Source of the DNA: Leucoraja ocellata
Lineage: Eukaryota
NCBI GenBank assembly: GCA_036785375.1
Contig: JAWMAR010000008.1
Location: forward strand, 6,758,001-6,822,000
Direction of reading: 5' to 3'
DNA length: 64,000 nt
This document shows, in pieces, positions 46,300 to 58,800 of the stretch. Under the pieces are notes generated by a model. It was given only the letters and a program-made list of their open reading frames with translations. It did not search any database and was not told the DNA's origin. Every line of letters starts with the position of its first letter. Position 1 is the stretch's first letter. The position numbers and the translations under genes were made by a program.

Positions 46300-46870
46300 A
46301 TGTACCGGCTGTTTTCACAGTTTACAAAAATTTTGCTTCGGCTCGAGAAGACTCATCCAGTACAAAGTCAACTCAATACTTTGAGAGTTGAAAGCCAAAG
46401 CATTCCCACCTTGTTTTCTGTTACATATTTTCAGGTGGTCCAGCTTGTTCATCTCTTCTCAGTACGTTTGGTTGTGAACAACATCTGGTTATCAGCAGTG
46501 CAAGGATTGAGACGTTGTGTTATCAGCCCAGTTGTCGTGACATTCTCTTGGGCTCCCAGTTGTACATTTTTCATATCAAACGCCAAAATGCCAGAGCAGC
46601 GATATTGTGTGGACTACGCAAAGCGTGGCACAGCTGGCTGCAAAAAGTGCAGAGAAAAACTCCCAAAGGGGTCGGTGCGGATTGGGAGGATTATGCCGAA
46701 TCCCTTTTCTGAGGGAACTGATATGAAAGAATGGTATCACATTAAATGTATGTTTGAGAAGCTGGAAAGAGCCCGACTAAGTACCAAGAAGATCGATGAC
46801 TTAACTGATTTAGAAGGTTATTTAGAGCTTCAGGATCCCGAGAGGGATCTGATCAACCAACATATTAAAG
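46300..46870 (+). CDS. LIG3: LIG3 first coding exon (leader + zinc finger)
   Basis: ttgcag|ATG; second ATG at 46588; AAAG|gtgaga donor. Confidence 0.93.
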
Positions 46871-49800
46871 GTGAGAGCAAGAACTTGATAATGTATTATG
46901 AGATAAGTTCATATAGTCTTTGCAATATAAATCCAGTGGCTTAATAGGTAGAATATACTCTTGTTTCTCATTTGTGGTTGAACTGGATCATTCTGAGGTC
47001 CCGTATTTTATCTGAAATGTGCATTAAGCAGAACCAGGGGGATTATTTTTGGCCGCAGTGTCCCTGAGCTGAAGGATTGGGAGGAAATAGCCATGGTTCT
47101 TGTTGCTAATTACTATCCAAAAAGTAATTTGGAAAGCATGGATGTTGAGAGCAGGATCAAACCCAGTTGCTATGGTTCTTGTTATCAATTACTGCATGAT
47201 TATTAGCTGTCTGTGATTACACGTGAAGTATAACCAAATGGATGAGTTTTCAGCATGCTGCTGGATGGGCCATGTCCTTAAGAAGCAGAAAGTGAGAATA
47301 GGCTGTGTGATGCCTTTCTCAGGATTGTCTGTGTTGCTAACGGTGATAATGGTGGCTAACTTCCATTAATGTCGCCTGAAGGCAGGACTTTCCAAAATTT
47401 GCAAATAATTTTTGCCTTGGATTGCAGTTTTAAGGGTTGGTTAGTGTGTTTAATGAAAAATATGCTAATACAATTTTTATCTTGTTTCTAGAACTTGTGG
47501 TCAAGAATGGCTTGTTATCCTCAAAAGTCAAGTCCCCTTCAAGTAAACCGACGGCAGTCACCCCTTCACCTCGTAAATTCTCTGGATTTTCTGGTAAAGA
47601 TGCATGTTCTTTCACGAATATTCTCTTGTGCTATCTTGCATTGTGGGTGTCAGCTTTAAATGTTCTTAAATATCCAGGAAGGGAGGAATGATGGATTTGT
47701 AGAAAAAATTGAAATGTTTGTATTTGCACCACTCTGTACCGTGATGACACCAGCAGGCAGGAAAGCAGTACTGCAGACTGGCGTGTCTTGTATTAAAGTT
47801 TCAGGGTTCCTTTATGGCTAATGTTTGTGGGTTGTAGTGAACTATTCAAACAAAGACATTGCAACCGAATTTCCAATTCGTTCCTCACAGTGTGCGTGCA
47901 CTTTAATGGGAGCTACTTACTTATTCGTTCCCACACTTCCCAGATCTGAGTGGTAAGCCAGTTTTGTTCTGAAATCGATTACTTTTGGGGTGCGAAAATT
48001 TGCTTTGTGAAAAACCTTCCATCTCTTATGTAAGGTAGTACATGCTGCTGTTACTTCATATTCCGTGCATGTCAATAATTTTGAGAAATGCATTTATCCA
48101 GGTCGTATTTAAAATGTGATTGTGACCAGATAGTGAAGATGCATTGAAATGAACAGCAAAGATATATTTGAGAGGAATCGGGATAAAGACATAAATGAAA
48201 ATAATGCAATGAAGCAGGGCTGTGATTTGAGGCAGAGCGAAGGAGGTTTTTGTAGAGTCTAAACATCAGATAAACCCACTGAGTGAAACACAAAGTGCAG
48301 GGGGAACTCAGCAGGTCGGGTGTCATCTGGAGGGAATAGACAGACCTGGCTTGGATTGGGATTATTCTTCAGGCTGATGGACTGGGGGGGGGGGGGGGGG
48401 GAATGGAAGGCAGATACAGATGAGGGGGTTCATTGGCAAATGGCTGGAGATGGTGATAAAAATAGAGATGAAAAAGGAGGCAAAGGGGCATCCGATAAGG
48501 AAACAAGCAGATTGAAATGCAAAGCCGGAGGTTGTGAGTGAAAGGGGAGATGGGGAAAAGGCGATAAAAGGAAATGTGGGACAAGGAGATCCATACATAA
48601 TATGAGGTGCTGTTCCTCCAGTTTGAGTGTGGCTTCGCTCTGCAAAGGGGGAAACCAAGGACAGAGAAATATGTTTACATATCTGTTCTGCTACTGCATT
48701 GTTCCGTTTTGGGACATATGACAATAAGACGCTCTTGACTCTTGTTCAATATGGGAAGGTGAGTTAAAATGGTTTCCAACTGGGGAGCTGTAGCAGGCCT
48801 TAGCCACCCTCTTTTCCCTGCTAAAGGGATATGGGTGGAAGTGGATGGGAAGGTGGAGATAGATGGGATAAAAGGGAATATGAGACTACGGTATTGGGAG
48901 AGGAGCATGCCAGTCGACATCTGCATGAAAGATGTAGGTTTCACTGGGAGCAAATTGGGGCAGGTATCTCCTGAGATGTGAACACAATTTTATCTTTTAG
49001 ACACTGTCCTGCATGGTTTAATTAACTGTGATTCTACTTTGTCTTACTAAAAAACCCAGCTAAAGCAGAGACCCCCGATGAAGAGCCCTCTACCTCCACA
49101 AATACACAATCGGTTGGAGTATGTGACCCCAACCACAAGGATTGTTCCTTGAGGGAATTCCGTAAACTGTGTGCCATGATTGCAGACAAACCGAGCTATA
49201 ATATTAAAACACAGATCATACAGGACTTTTTGAAGAAGGGCACTGGTGGGGATGGTAAGTCCCTTTTTTTTAAATTTCTTAACACAACTACTTTGAATGT
49301 CTTCCACTCAAGAGAAAAGTTTAATTCTGGACGGATAGTATTCTTGCTGTTTATCTTTGTTTCATTCCAAGAAAAAAAAATTGAAACCTATGCTCAAGAT
49401 TCCAGCATCTGCTGTTTTGTATCCCAATACCTTTGTCCTTGCCCTGTAATCTCCATCCTTTATAATTATTATGTTTGTATGTATCTGTTTTGTTTTCTGG
49501 AGTTTGAGTAATTTCAACATGTTGGAACGTATTAGTCTGAACTGATGCAGGTTTATTGGGTAGTGCCACATATCTATTATATCAGTCTGAAGAAAGGTTT
49601 TGGCCCGAAACGTTACCTATTTCCTTCGCTCCATAGATGCTGCTGCACCCGCTGAGTTTCTCCAGCATTTTTGTGTACCATTTATTATATCAATATTTGC
49701 GTGTCAAGTTAATTGTTTAAAAAATATATATTTAAGTTCCTCATAGCTTAAATGCACCATTCCTGATGAATCACCGTTTACAGCATTTTCAATGCAATCA

Positions 49801-52800
49801 CATCCTTCCTGTCACATGGCACCCAGAACTGCCTACAATTCTCTCCCTGTGCCTCAACTAACATTCCTACTCTTGTATTTTGTACCCTGACAAATGAGGT
49901 GTCCCATATGTAGCCTTAACTGTCAGTGCAGCTGCCTTTTGGGAACCAACGACATGTAAATCAAGATCCCTTTGTTCCTCAATACTTTAAGGTCTGATCG
50001 TTCATTGTGTATACCCTACCCTTATTCATCCTTCCAAAATGTAATAACTCGTGAAGATCAAACTCCATCTGCCATCGTTCTGCCCCCCCTTACAGCTCAT
50101 TATCTTATGAATACACTCGCTTGCCACAACATCTCAAATCGTCATGTCCTTTACAAACTTACTGATCATACCTAACAAACAGCAAGGGCTACAACTCCAA
50201 TCCCTCCTGTACACCATTGGTCACAGACTTCTAATCACAAAACCATGCCTCAAACAACGCCCTTTTGCAGTCACCAAGCCATTTCTGATCCAAATTGCTC
50301 TGGATGCCAAAAGCTCTTAATCTTTTGACCTGTCTTCAATGTGATACTTTGTCAAAGTCCTTTCTGAAGTCTATATGGACTATATGACCACATCAACTCA
50401 GATGGTCACCTTACAAAAAAAATGCCGTCAAATTAGTTGGAAGGATCTCTCCTTAATGATATCAAGCAGACTATCCCTGATCAGTTCCTTCCAGTTTAAT
50501 TCTATGCTTCGGAATATTTTTCAATAACTTCCCAACGACTGATGTTAGATATGAAGATAATTACTTTTGCTTTAAACCCTCAGGTAAATTCCATGGGGAT
50601 GTTTATCTGACTATAAAGCTACTTTTACCAGGAGTGGTGAAAACAGTTTACAACCTGAGTGACAAACAGATTGTCAAACTGTTCAGCAGAGTATTCAACT
50701 GCAACCTTGATGACATGGTGCGAGACTTGGAGCAGGTTTGTTGCAATGTTTGATTTAAACTGGTTTATAGACAAACTGCTAGAAACAGAGTAGAGATCAT
50801 AAAAGGAAAAGTAAGCAGTATGGTTAGTTGTGTGAAGAATAAATAGAGGCGGGCCATGATGTTTTGTGTTTGTGCTCTCCATCAAAACTAACCAATAAAC
50901 CACAAGCGTTTTAGTAAAATAAAGTAGAATTCATAGGTATACCAGTTGCAAGGAAGATTGAAGGGATTACGTAATCTAACAGCTAAGTGAATTAAAATTG
51001 TTAATGAATTTAGCTCGCAACTTAAGGTATTTGTATTTTAGGGGTTAGGTTGTGGAGGCTGGGAAACAAGCTGAAAAGAAATCAGATTGGAAATGGAAAT
51101 TACCGGCAGATAAATCTAATTTAGTGAATGTAAGATTATTGATTAAAAGTTTGAAGGCCAGGATTAATCTGCACTTGGAGAGGTAGGCATTAAACAAGGA
51201 TAATTGGTAAGGGTTTGTTATTAATATTCTATCTAATTTGATTGAATTTTACGAGGCGATGACAAAGTGTCTTTGAAGATGGAATGTTTGATATAGTCTA
51301 AGTGGACATGAGTAAGGCATTTGACAAGGTCCCATGTTACCAATTGGTACAGAAAGTATTAGCCAAGGATTGTTTTCACACTAGGAAGCTTGTGAGTGGA
51401 GGTATACTGTAGGTATTTGTGCAGGGATCCTTGCTCTTTGTTGTTAACATTAATGATTTGGATGCAAATGTAGGAGATGCTATAGTAAGTTTCCAGATGA
51501 CTTGAACATTTGCTGGTGTTGTGGATAGTGAGGTCTTTAACTACAATAAGATATCAACATTGATAAAAATGAGCAAAGAAATAGTAGATCGAAGCCAATC
51601 CTGAAAAAAATATTTGTCCTCCCAATATAAGACATAATGAGGCTAGAAGGTGCACAATACATGGTAGGACACCAAAAGTACTGAGAAAAAGAAGGACCAT
51701 GGTTTATATGTCCAAGGATCTCTGAAGGAACAAGATGGGTAGAAAAGGTCATGAAGATGTTGGATACTTGCTTTCATTAGCTGGGACTTGAAACAAAAGA
51801 GTAAGGAGGTTAAATATTGGTTAAGACATAGCTTTTCTGATCACCACACTATAAATTGTGATTTGCAGTGGTGAGAATGCAATGAGATTTTCCAAGATGT
51901 TGACTGGGATGGAGCAGCCAAGCTATGAGAAAAGACTGGTTAACTGGGTTTCTTTGGTGGAGAGGGCTAAAAGATGCATATTGGTTGTATGGTTGAAGTT
52001 CTTTCTTTTAGCAGTAATGTCCATGACTAGTGGGTGTAGGTTTATGGCAAGGGGTAGTAGATTTGAGAGCATTCTTTTTGTACCCAGAGCGTTGTTGAAA
52101 ACAGGAACATGCTACCTGATAAGGTGGTGGAGGTAGGAAATCTCAACATTTAAGTGATCTTTAAATGAGCATTTATAATACTATTGTGCAAAATGGAATG
52201 TGCAGAATGCTGAAAAGTGAGTTATTATATCTAGATGGCTGGACGGACACTGAGCCAAAGTTTTATCTTTTCTTGCTATATGATTGCTTAAAAATAGAGA
52301 ATGATTTTGGTCCACTACTCGCTATATGTAACAATTTAGGCTTTAAAAAAAAATTCTCCGTGCCATTTTGTTTTCTGTTATAAGTTTCGATTTTGGAAAT
52401 CGTGGTTATTTAATGCAGTGGATGAAAACTCTAATCAATGGCTACACCCTGTTTCTTGGAAATGGGAAGCATTTTTTGAAGCCATACTGTTTGTGCAACA
52501 CCTAGCATTTTGGTGATGGTTGCAGTGTTTGGCAGGGAGCGAGGGTTGGGAGAAGAGATGCTGGTTAGCAATGTAGGAGCAAAATTTACAAGTCTTGTTG
52601 CAACAGGGAGATAGATGATTTCCAAGCTGGGATGTTGCTGATTGAACCTACCTTGACATGTATTATTTTACCTGAGACTTCAAACTGAACGTCAACATTC
52701 TCCTCTGTATAGTTCGTAAGCAATCCTTCTGCTAATTGAACCAACGGAAGCCAGCACCTTCGTATATTTAATAAATACATCAGTATAAAGCAAAATGTAC

Positions 52801-55800
52801 TGGAGTGCAATAATGCCACTGATTTCTAGTTGAATTTATGGTTCTTTAGCGGCAATGTTTGTAACATTTTCCAATAATTGGCAGCTTTGTTGTTTCTATT
52901 TCAGCATCAGACTCATTTGAGATTGATTCAGATATCTCACAGCCAACAGAAGAAAAAAAATCTTATTGTACCAGAATAATTCTGGGAATCCATTTTGATT
53001 GTAATTAAAATTTCAAATTTTGAAAGTATGGAACGACATTGTAGATTATTTCCAGCTCTAACTAAATGAAATATTTTTGTAGCAATGAACATCAACATGT
53101 CCGTTTAAACTGAATGTACATTTACTTCTGTGTAAAGTAGGTTATGCTAACAGATAGATACCAGTGAATAACCCTGATATTTTCCTCCATGTGACATATC
53201 AGTCACAATTTGGATTGTAGACTTAACGCTGCTGGGGAATGGACCTAGAAATACTCGATGTGTCATGCACTTTCTCTTCACTCCCTGTCAGTCCTAAATC
53301 TGTTCTTCTTTTTTATTTGGCTCTTTAATAGATTGTAATTATTTGAATTCTGAATTTCATCCATTGGTGAACAATTTGCACCCCTGCCTGTAAAATCAAA
53401 AGATTATGGAATTTGGTTTAACATTAGGAACTTGTGCACATCATCTGGAAGGATCATTTCAATTAAATTGCTTGTTAATACCATCTATAGTAAGAGAAAG
53501 CCACTAGGTGGCTTTGGATTAAGAGGGCTGATTCGTCGGCGGTTGCTGCTGGGGCGCAAGTCGGGGCCTGATCAACCCCGGCTGGGTCTCCTGGGTGAGT
53601 GTGTCTGATGTTGTGAGTCCCGAAACACCCAATGGCCCCAGGTCTCATCACTGACGATGCATCCCAGCGCATCTAGAAGATGTATCTTTCACACACACTT
53701 GACCATGACCCGTGGCTTTAACCAATAAAATCCCTTGGTTCCATCTCGAGCAGCTAAGTTCTACATTGACATGAGAATACTTATTCCTCGATTAGTGTCC
53801 CTAAAACAAATGATTCTGATCAGTGCGTGAATAGTTAGATATTTCTGCATTACAAGTATTCTACTTAAAATATATATTGGTGGAAAGTACTTCTACACGT
53901 GTATTTATGTCTTCTTGATGTCTTTCTTTTTTAGGGTGATGTCTCCGAAACTGTGCGAATCTTTTTTGATCAGAGTAGTAGTTTCCCCCCAGCTCATAAG
54001 AGTGTGATGACAATTCACGATGTTGATTCAGCACTCATTCAGCTTTCGCAAATGACCAGGGAAGAAGATCAACAGAAGGAGCTACAGACTATTGCTTCAA
54101 AGTAAGTCTCGGGTTTTCAGCAATGTCTACTAATCGCGTTTTGAAACAAGTAATGCTAATGAATTCAAATAACAGATCTGCAAAAGTCTCTCAACCTCCT
54201 CTGTATTGGCAGTCCTGCGTGAAACCGAATACTGACATTTACCTGGATGAAAGACCATAAAGTGTTTAAATTGCACGATCATTTTTTTTCCTGGTTTAAA
54301 GTAAACTGAATTTCAGGTAGGTGTCCTCCACAGCAATCATACAGTTGTTGGGTATGATATAAAGTTTGTTCAGTAGTTTTGCATGAAGTACTTTTTTCCC
54401 CACCTGTTTTTGTCGTTGTGACTGTGGGAGGATTCATGTACACAGATATTGTGGCTTTCATTCACTGACCAATTCAAAAACGTAGACAGAATATTTTCGA
54501 GTCACATTTTGTCATTTTTGTGGTGTTCCCACATCATATCTTTAATGACTGTTTATTGCTGCATTCATGACGTGTTTGTCTGTTTCTCGGGGTGAATCCA
54601 CTCTGGGCAGTGGCATTAAAACTTGGTTTTATAGCACGAAATAGGATTAAAATAACAGGAGATGCTGAACTGATGTCTGTATGCACAATGGTATTAGGTA
54701 TTTCATAATGTATGCACTCTTATATATGCCTCTCAAAATTTTATATACGTTACCCCTCATCCTCTTACACACCAGAGAAGAACTCCAAGTTTGTCTGACC
54801 TCCTTTTATAGCTAATGTTCTCCAATCTCGGCAGCATTTTTGTGAACCTCTTTTTTGCATCCTCTCCAAACCTTCCCAATTCCCACACTACCATGATTAA
54901 TGCTTCAAATGTGGACTAATGTCAATTTTCTACAGCTGCAATGTGACATCTCGGCTTTTATACTCATTGCCCCAATTGATGATAGTAAGCATGCCATACA
55001 CATTATTTACCATCCTATCTAGCTGTGCTCAACTTGCCGGGAGCTGTGGACTTTCACCCCAGGATCCCTCTGTATATCAATGTGCCTAAGGGTCTTATCA
55101 TCTATCTTATAGCTTGTGTATATATATTACTAAAAGTCTGTTCTTGACCGGTTTTGGCCATCTGTGCTACGATTTCCGAGAGAACGCCGCCACCTATGGC
55201 CGTCATTTTTGGCCACCTTGCTCAGAGCCCCCCTCCGCCGTATGTGTGCCGAGGATTCTTCCCGTCGATGAAAAATGACAGCAGGGGCAGCAGAGAGAAT
55301 GGAGAATTTTGTAAAAACATTAATATCTCTATTAATGTTTTTACAAAATTCTCCATTCTCTCTGCTGCCCCTGCTGGCGGCAGGGGGGAGGGACTATAAA
55401 ACCAGGCAGTGGTGTGCCTCACAATCTCTTCAAGATGGAGGAAGGCAGAGGGTCACGTTTCTCTGAGCTGTGAATAACACTGAACACATGTATACTCAAA
55501 TGTAAGTGTCCTTAGTGGTTCTAAAACGCTTGCAGAATGTGTCTTGGTTCTAAAATGTTTGCAAAAAGTGTCTATTGGTTCTAAAATGTTTGCAACAAGT
55601 GTCTCTTGGTTCTACAATGCTTGCAGAATGTGTCTTTTTTGGTTCTAAAATGTTTTTTAGGTTCTCCCCCCCCCCCCCCTCCCTCTTGCCCCTCTCTCTG
55701 TGTCTCTGTCTCTCTCTGTCTCTCTCTCTGTCTCTGCCCCTTCTCTCTCTGTCTCTGCCCCTTCTCTCTCTGCCCTCACTCTCTAGTTTACAATATATTT

Positions 55801-58800
55801 TCCTCTTGCATATGGCCTTCCAAAATACTCACACTTGTCTGAATTAGACTCCACCTACCAATTAATTGTCCAAATTTCCAAATTACATATCCTGCTGCAT
55901 TCGTTTACAACTTTCACTATCCATATATTTATCTATTACAAACAGCAAGGGTCTAGGCATTGATCATAATGGAACACCACTGGTCATAGACTTCTAGGCA
56001 GGAAAACATCCCTCTATCACTATCTGCTACAGATAAGCCAATTTTGAATCTAAATTGCCAACTTGCCACGAATCCCATATGATTTAATCTTCTGGATTTG
56101 TGTATCATGAGAGACCTTGTCAAATACTTAATTATGTCTATGTAGTTAACATCCATTGCCTTAGCCTCGCCAATTATCGTTGTCACCTCTTCAAAGAGCA
56201 ATCATATTTGTAGGACAGGACTCTCCTGCACAAATCCATACTGGCTATCCCCAACAAGTCTGTGCTGTTCCAAATGATAGTAAACTGTTCCTAAGAGTAC
56301 CCATGTAGCACTTACTGGGCTTTAATTTCCTTCATTATCCCCATTGCTCTTCTTAAACAAAGCTACCTTCTCTTATCTTTGAAATAGCCACAAATCAATC
56401 TTTCCTAATTAAATTACTTAAAAACCAATATTACTTGGCACTGTTTTAGATGTTTGCTTTCACTAATGTTCTTTGCCCTTTATATGACTTTACGTTGTTT
56501 AATATGGGCCCTGCCTTACTTGAAGATGGCAATATCTCCATGCTAGCTTTTTACTCTTAATATAGATAAGGGAAATAAGAATTAAATACTCACCAAATTC
56601 CATGGTTGGTCTGTAGAAATGTTGCGGTAAATGAACCGCGACTTGTCCCAATGTAGCTTGTATGTTTTTACGAAGGGAGTACGATAACAAATGTGAGTAG
56701 AACATACTGCCCGTTCATTGGAAATGCTCATAGTTGCTTTATATTTAACCTCCAATGCCACTTTCCTAACCTCAAAAAATCTCTCGAGTAGTTTAATGTA
56801 TTTATTGCTTTCTCTGAAATAGACGATTGCAAAGATTCACTACCCTCGGAGTAAGTTCCTCCGCATCCATCTTCATCTTAAAACTGCACTCCCTTTTCCA
56901 GACTCGTCAACCAGGGAAACGCGTTCCTAACATTTATCTTGTCAAGCCTCGTCTGGATTTCATGTGCCACTAGATTATCTTTTGTTCTTCTAACCTCTGA
57001 GGGAGCAAGTCCATTCAGCTCACTGGACAACTCCTTTATAAAATGAATCAATCTGAGTCTGCACTGCATGCCTATTATTCTTCTAAATAATTATTAGTTA
57101 TACTGCACTTAATTGTGTACAGGATGTATATGATAATAATAGAGAGCATGAGAAAAGATTAAAGTAGGTGTTGCCTGGAATAGAAGGTTGTAATTATAAG
57201 GAGATATTGGACTGGGTGGGCACTTATACTCACTGGAACATAAGAGTCTTTTTTTTGGCCAGGCAGTGGAGTCTAAAAGTAAAAAAAAGACGTTTAACGT
57301 GAGACGGGAACAATTTCAAGGAGATCAGAGGGGTATGTTTGTTTTCACAGAGTGGTGAACATCTGCAATGATTTGCCAGTGTTTGTGGAAGGCAGATGCA
57401 ATTAATATGTTTCTAAGGCATTTGGACAGGTACTTGGAAGGGCGAACAGAGATAAGGACCCAATGCAGGCAAATGGGTTAGCATAGATGGATATCACAGT
57501 TGGTGTGGATGTACTGGGCTTAAAGGCCTGCTGTGCTATAAATCCTGTATAGTTGCAGTCAAATTTAATTATTTCATCTGTCTTATAATGAAGTATAATC
57601 CATTTACCTTCCTAATTACTTGCTTCGCCTGCATAATAACTCTCTCTGAAGACTAGCTTTTAATAACCACCACCATTTAAATCTTGTTTACTCTTCACAC
57701 TAAAGTGGATAATGTGGCATTTCCCAACATCACACTGCAAATGCTACCTTTTTAACCACTGTTTTGGCCTGTCTAGAATGCTTTGTAGAGTATTTGTATT
57801 ATCCTTTCAACTTGCTTTCCAGCTTATCCTTTGACCTCTAACATATAGCCAGAAATTTTACATTTCGTTGTTCCTCCTTCCGTCTTAAAATGATTATGCA
57901 GCAGTCACTAATCTAGAGTTCTGTTAATTATTTTTTAATTGATCACTCATCACTAAAATGTAACTATTCCCTGATTGGCTTTACTGCTTGCTTTTAGATT
58001 TTGTTTTAGTGCATTTAATAAATCTCTTCCCTTCAGTTACTCTCCAGTGCCTGAATGTACAGCTGTGTCATGAATAGCATGCATCCTGGTAGGATGGTCA
58101 TAAAACTAATTGAAAGCGTGGTCTTTTGTGTTTTGCAGATGCACAGCTAATGACTTGAAATGCATTATCAGGCTGATTAAACATGACCTACGGATGAATT
58201 CTGGTGCAAAACATGTGTAAGTGAGATGATTCAATCTTTGCAAATTTAAAATTGTATATTCTGATATACCTTTCACCTTGCTTTTAAGATCTTCTATCAA
58301 AGATGTTCTGGTAATTTAGACCCAGGGATAAATATTTTTTATTCACATTTTTAATTTTGTTGGTTTTATCATGTAAAATGCAGACTCTGTTTAGCAGCTA
58401 TATCTGTGTCTCATTGGTAAACCTGAGCGACTCTGCCAGCTACAATATTTGGTGAACTCATTTCCGCAAAACCATCCCTACTGATATGGATTAAGTTTGT
58501 GGTAGAATTGCCGCGGTAGAGTTGCTGCCTTAGAGTGCTTGCAGCGCCGGAGACCCGGGTTTGATCCCGACTGCTGGTGTTGTCTATACGGAGTTTGTAC
58601 ATAGTCCCCTTGACCTGCGTGGGTTTTCTCCAAGATCTTCAGTTTCCTCCCACACTCCAAAGACGTACAGGGTTCTAGGTTAATTGACTTGGTAAATGTA
58701 AAAAATGGTCCCTAGTGTGTGTAGGATAGTGTTAAAATGCAGGGATCGCTGGTTGGCGCGGACTTGGTGGGTTGAAGGACCTGTTTTCGCACTGTATCTC

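Noticed and set aside
53590-53630. Hammerhead-like CTGATG...GAAAC
   Set aside because: Core reads CTGATGT (A9 missing), stem II is poor, and there is no NUH site.
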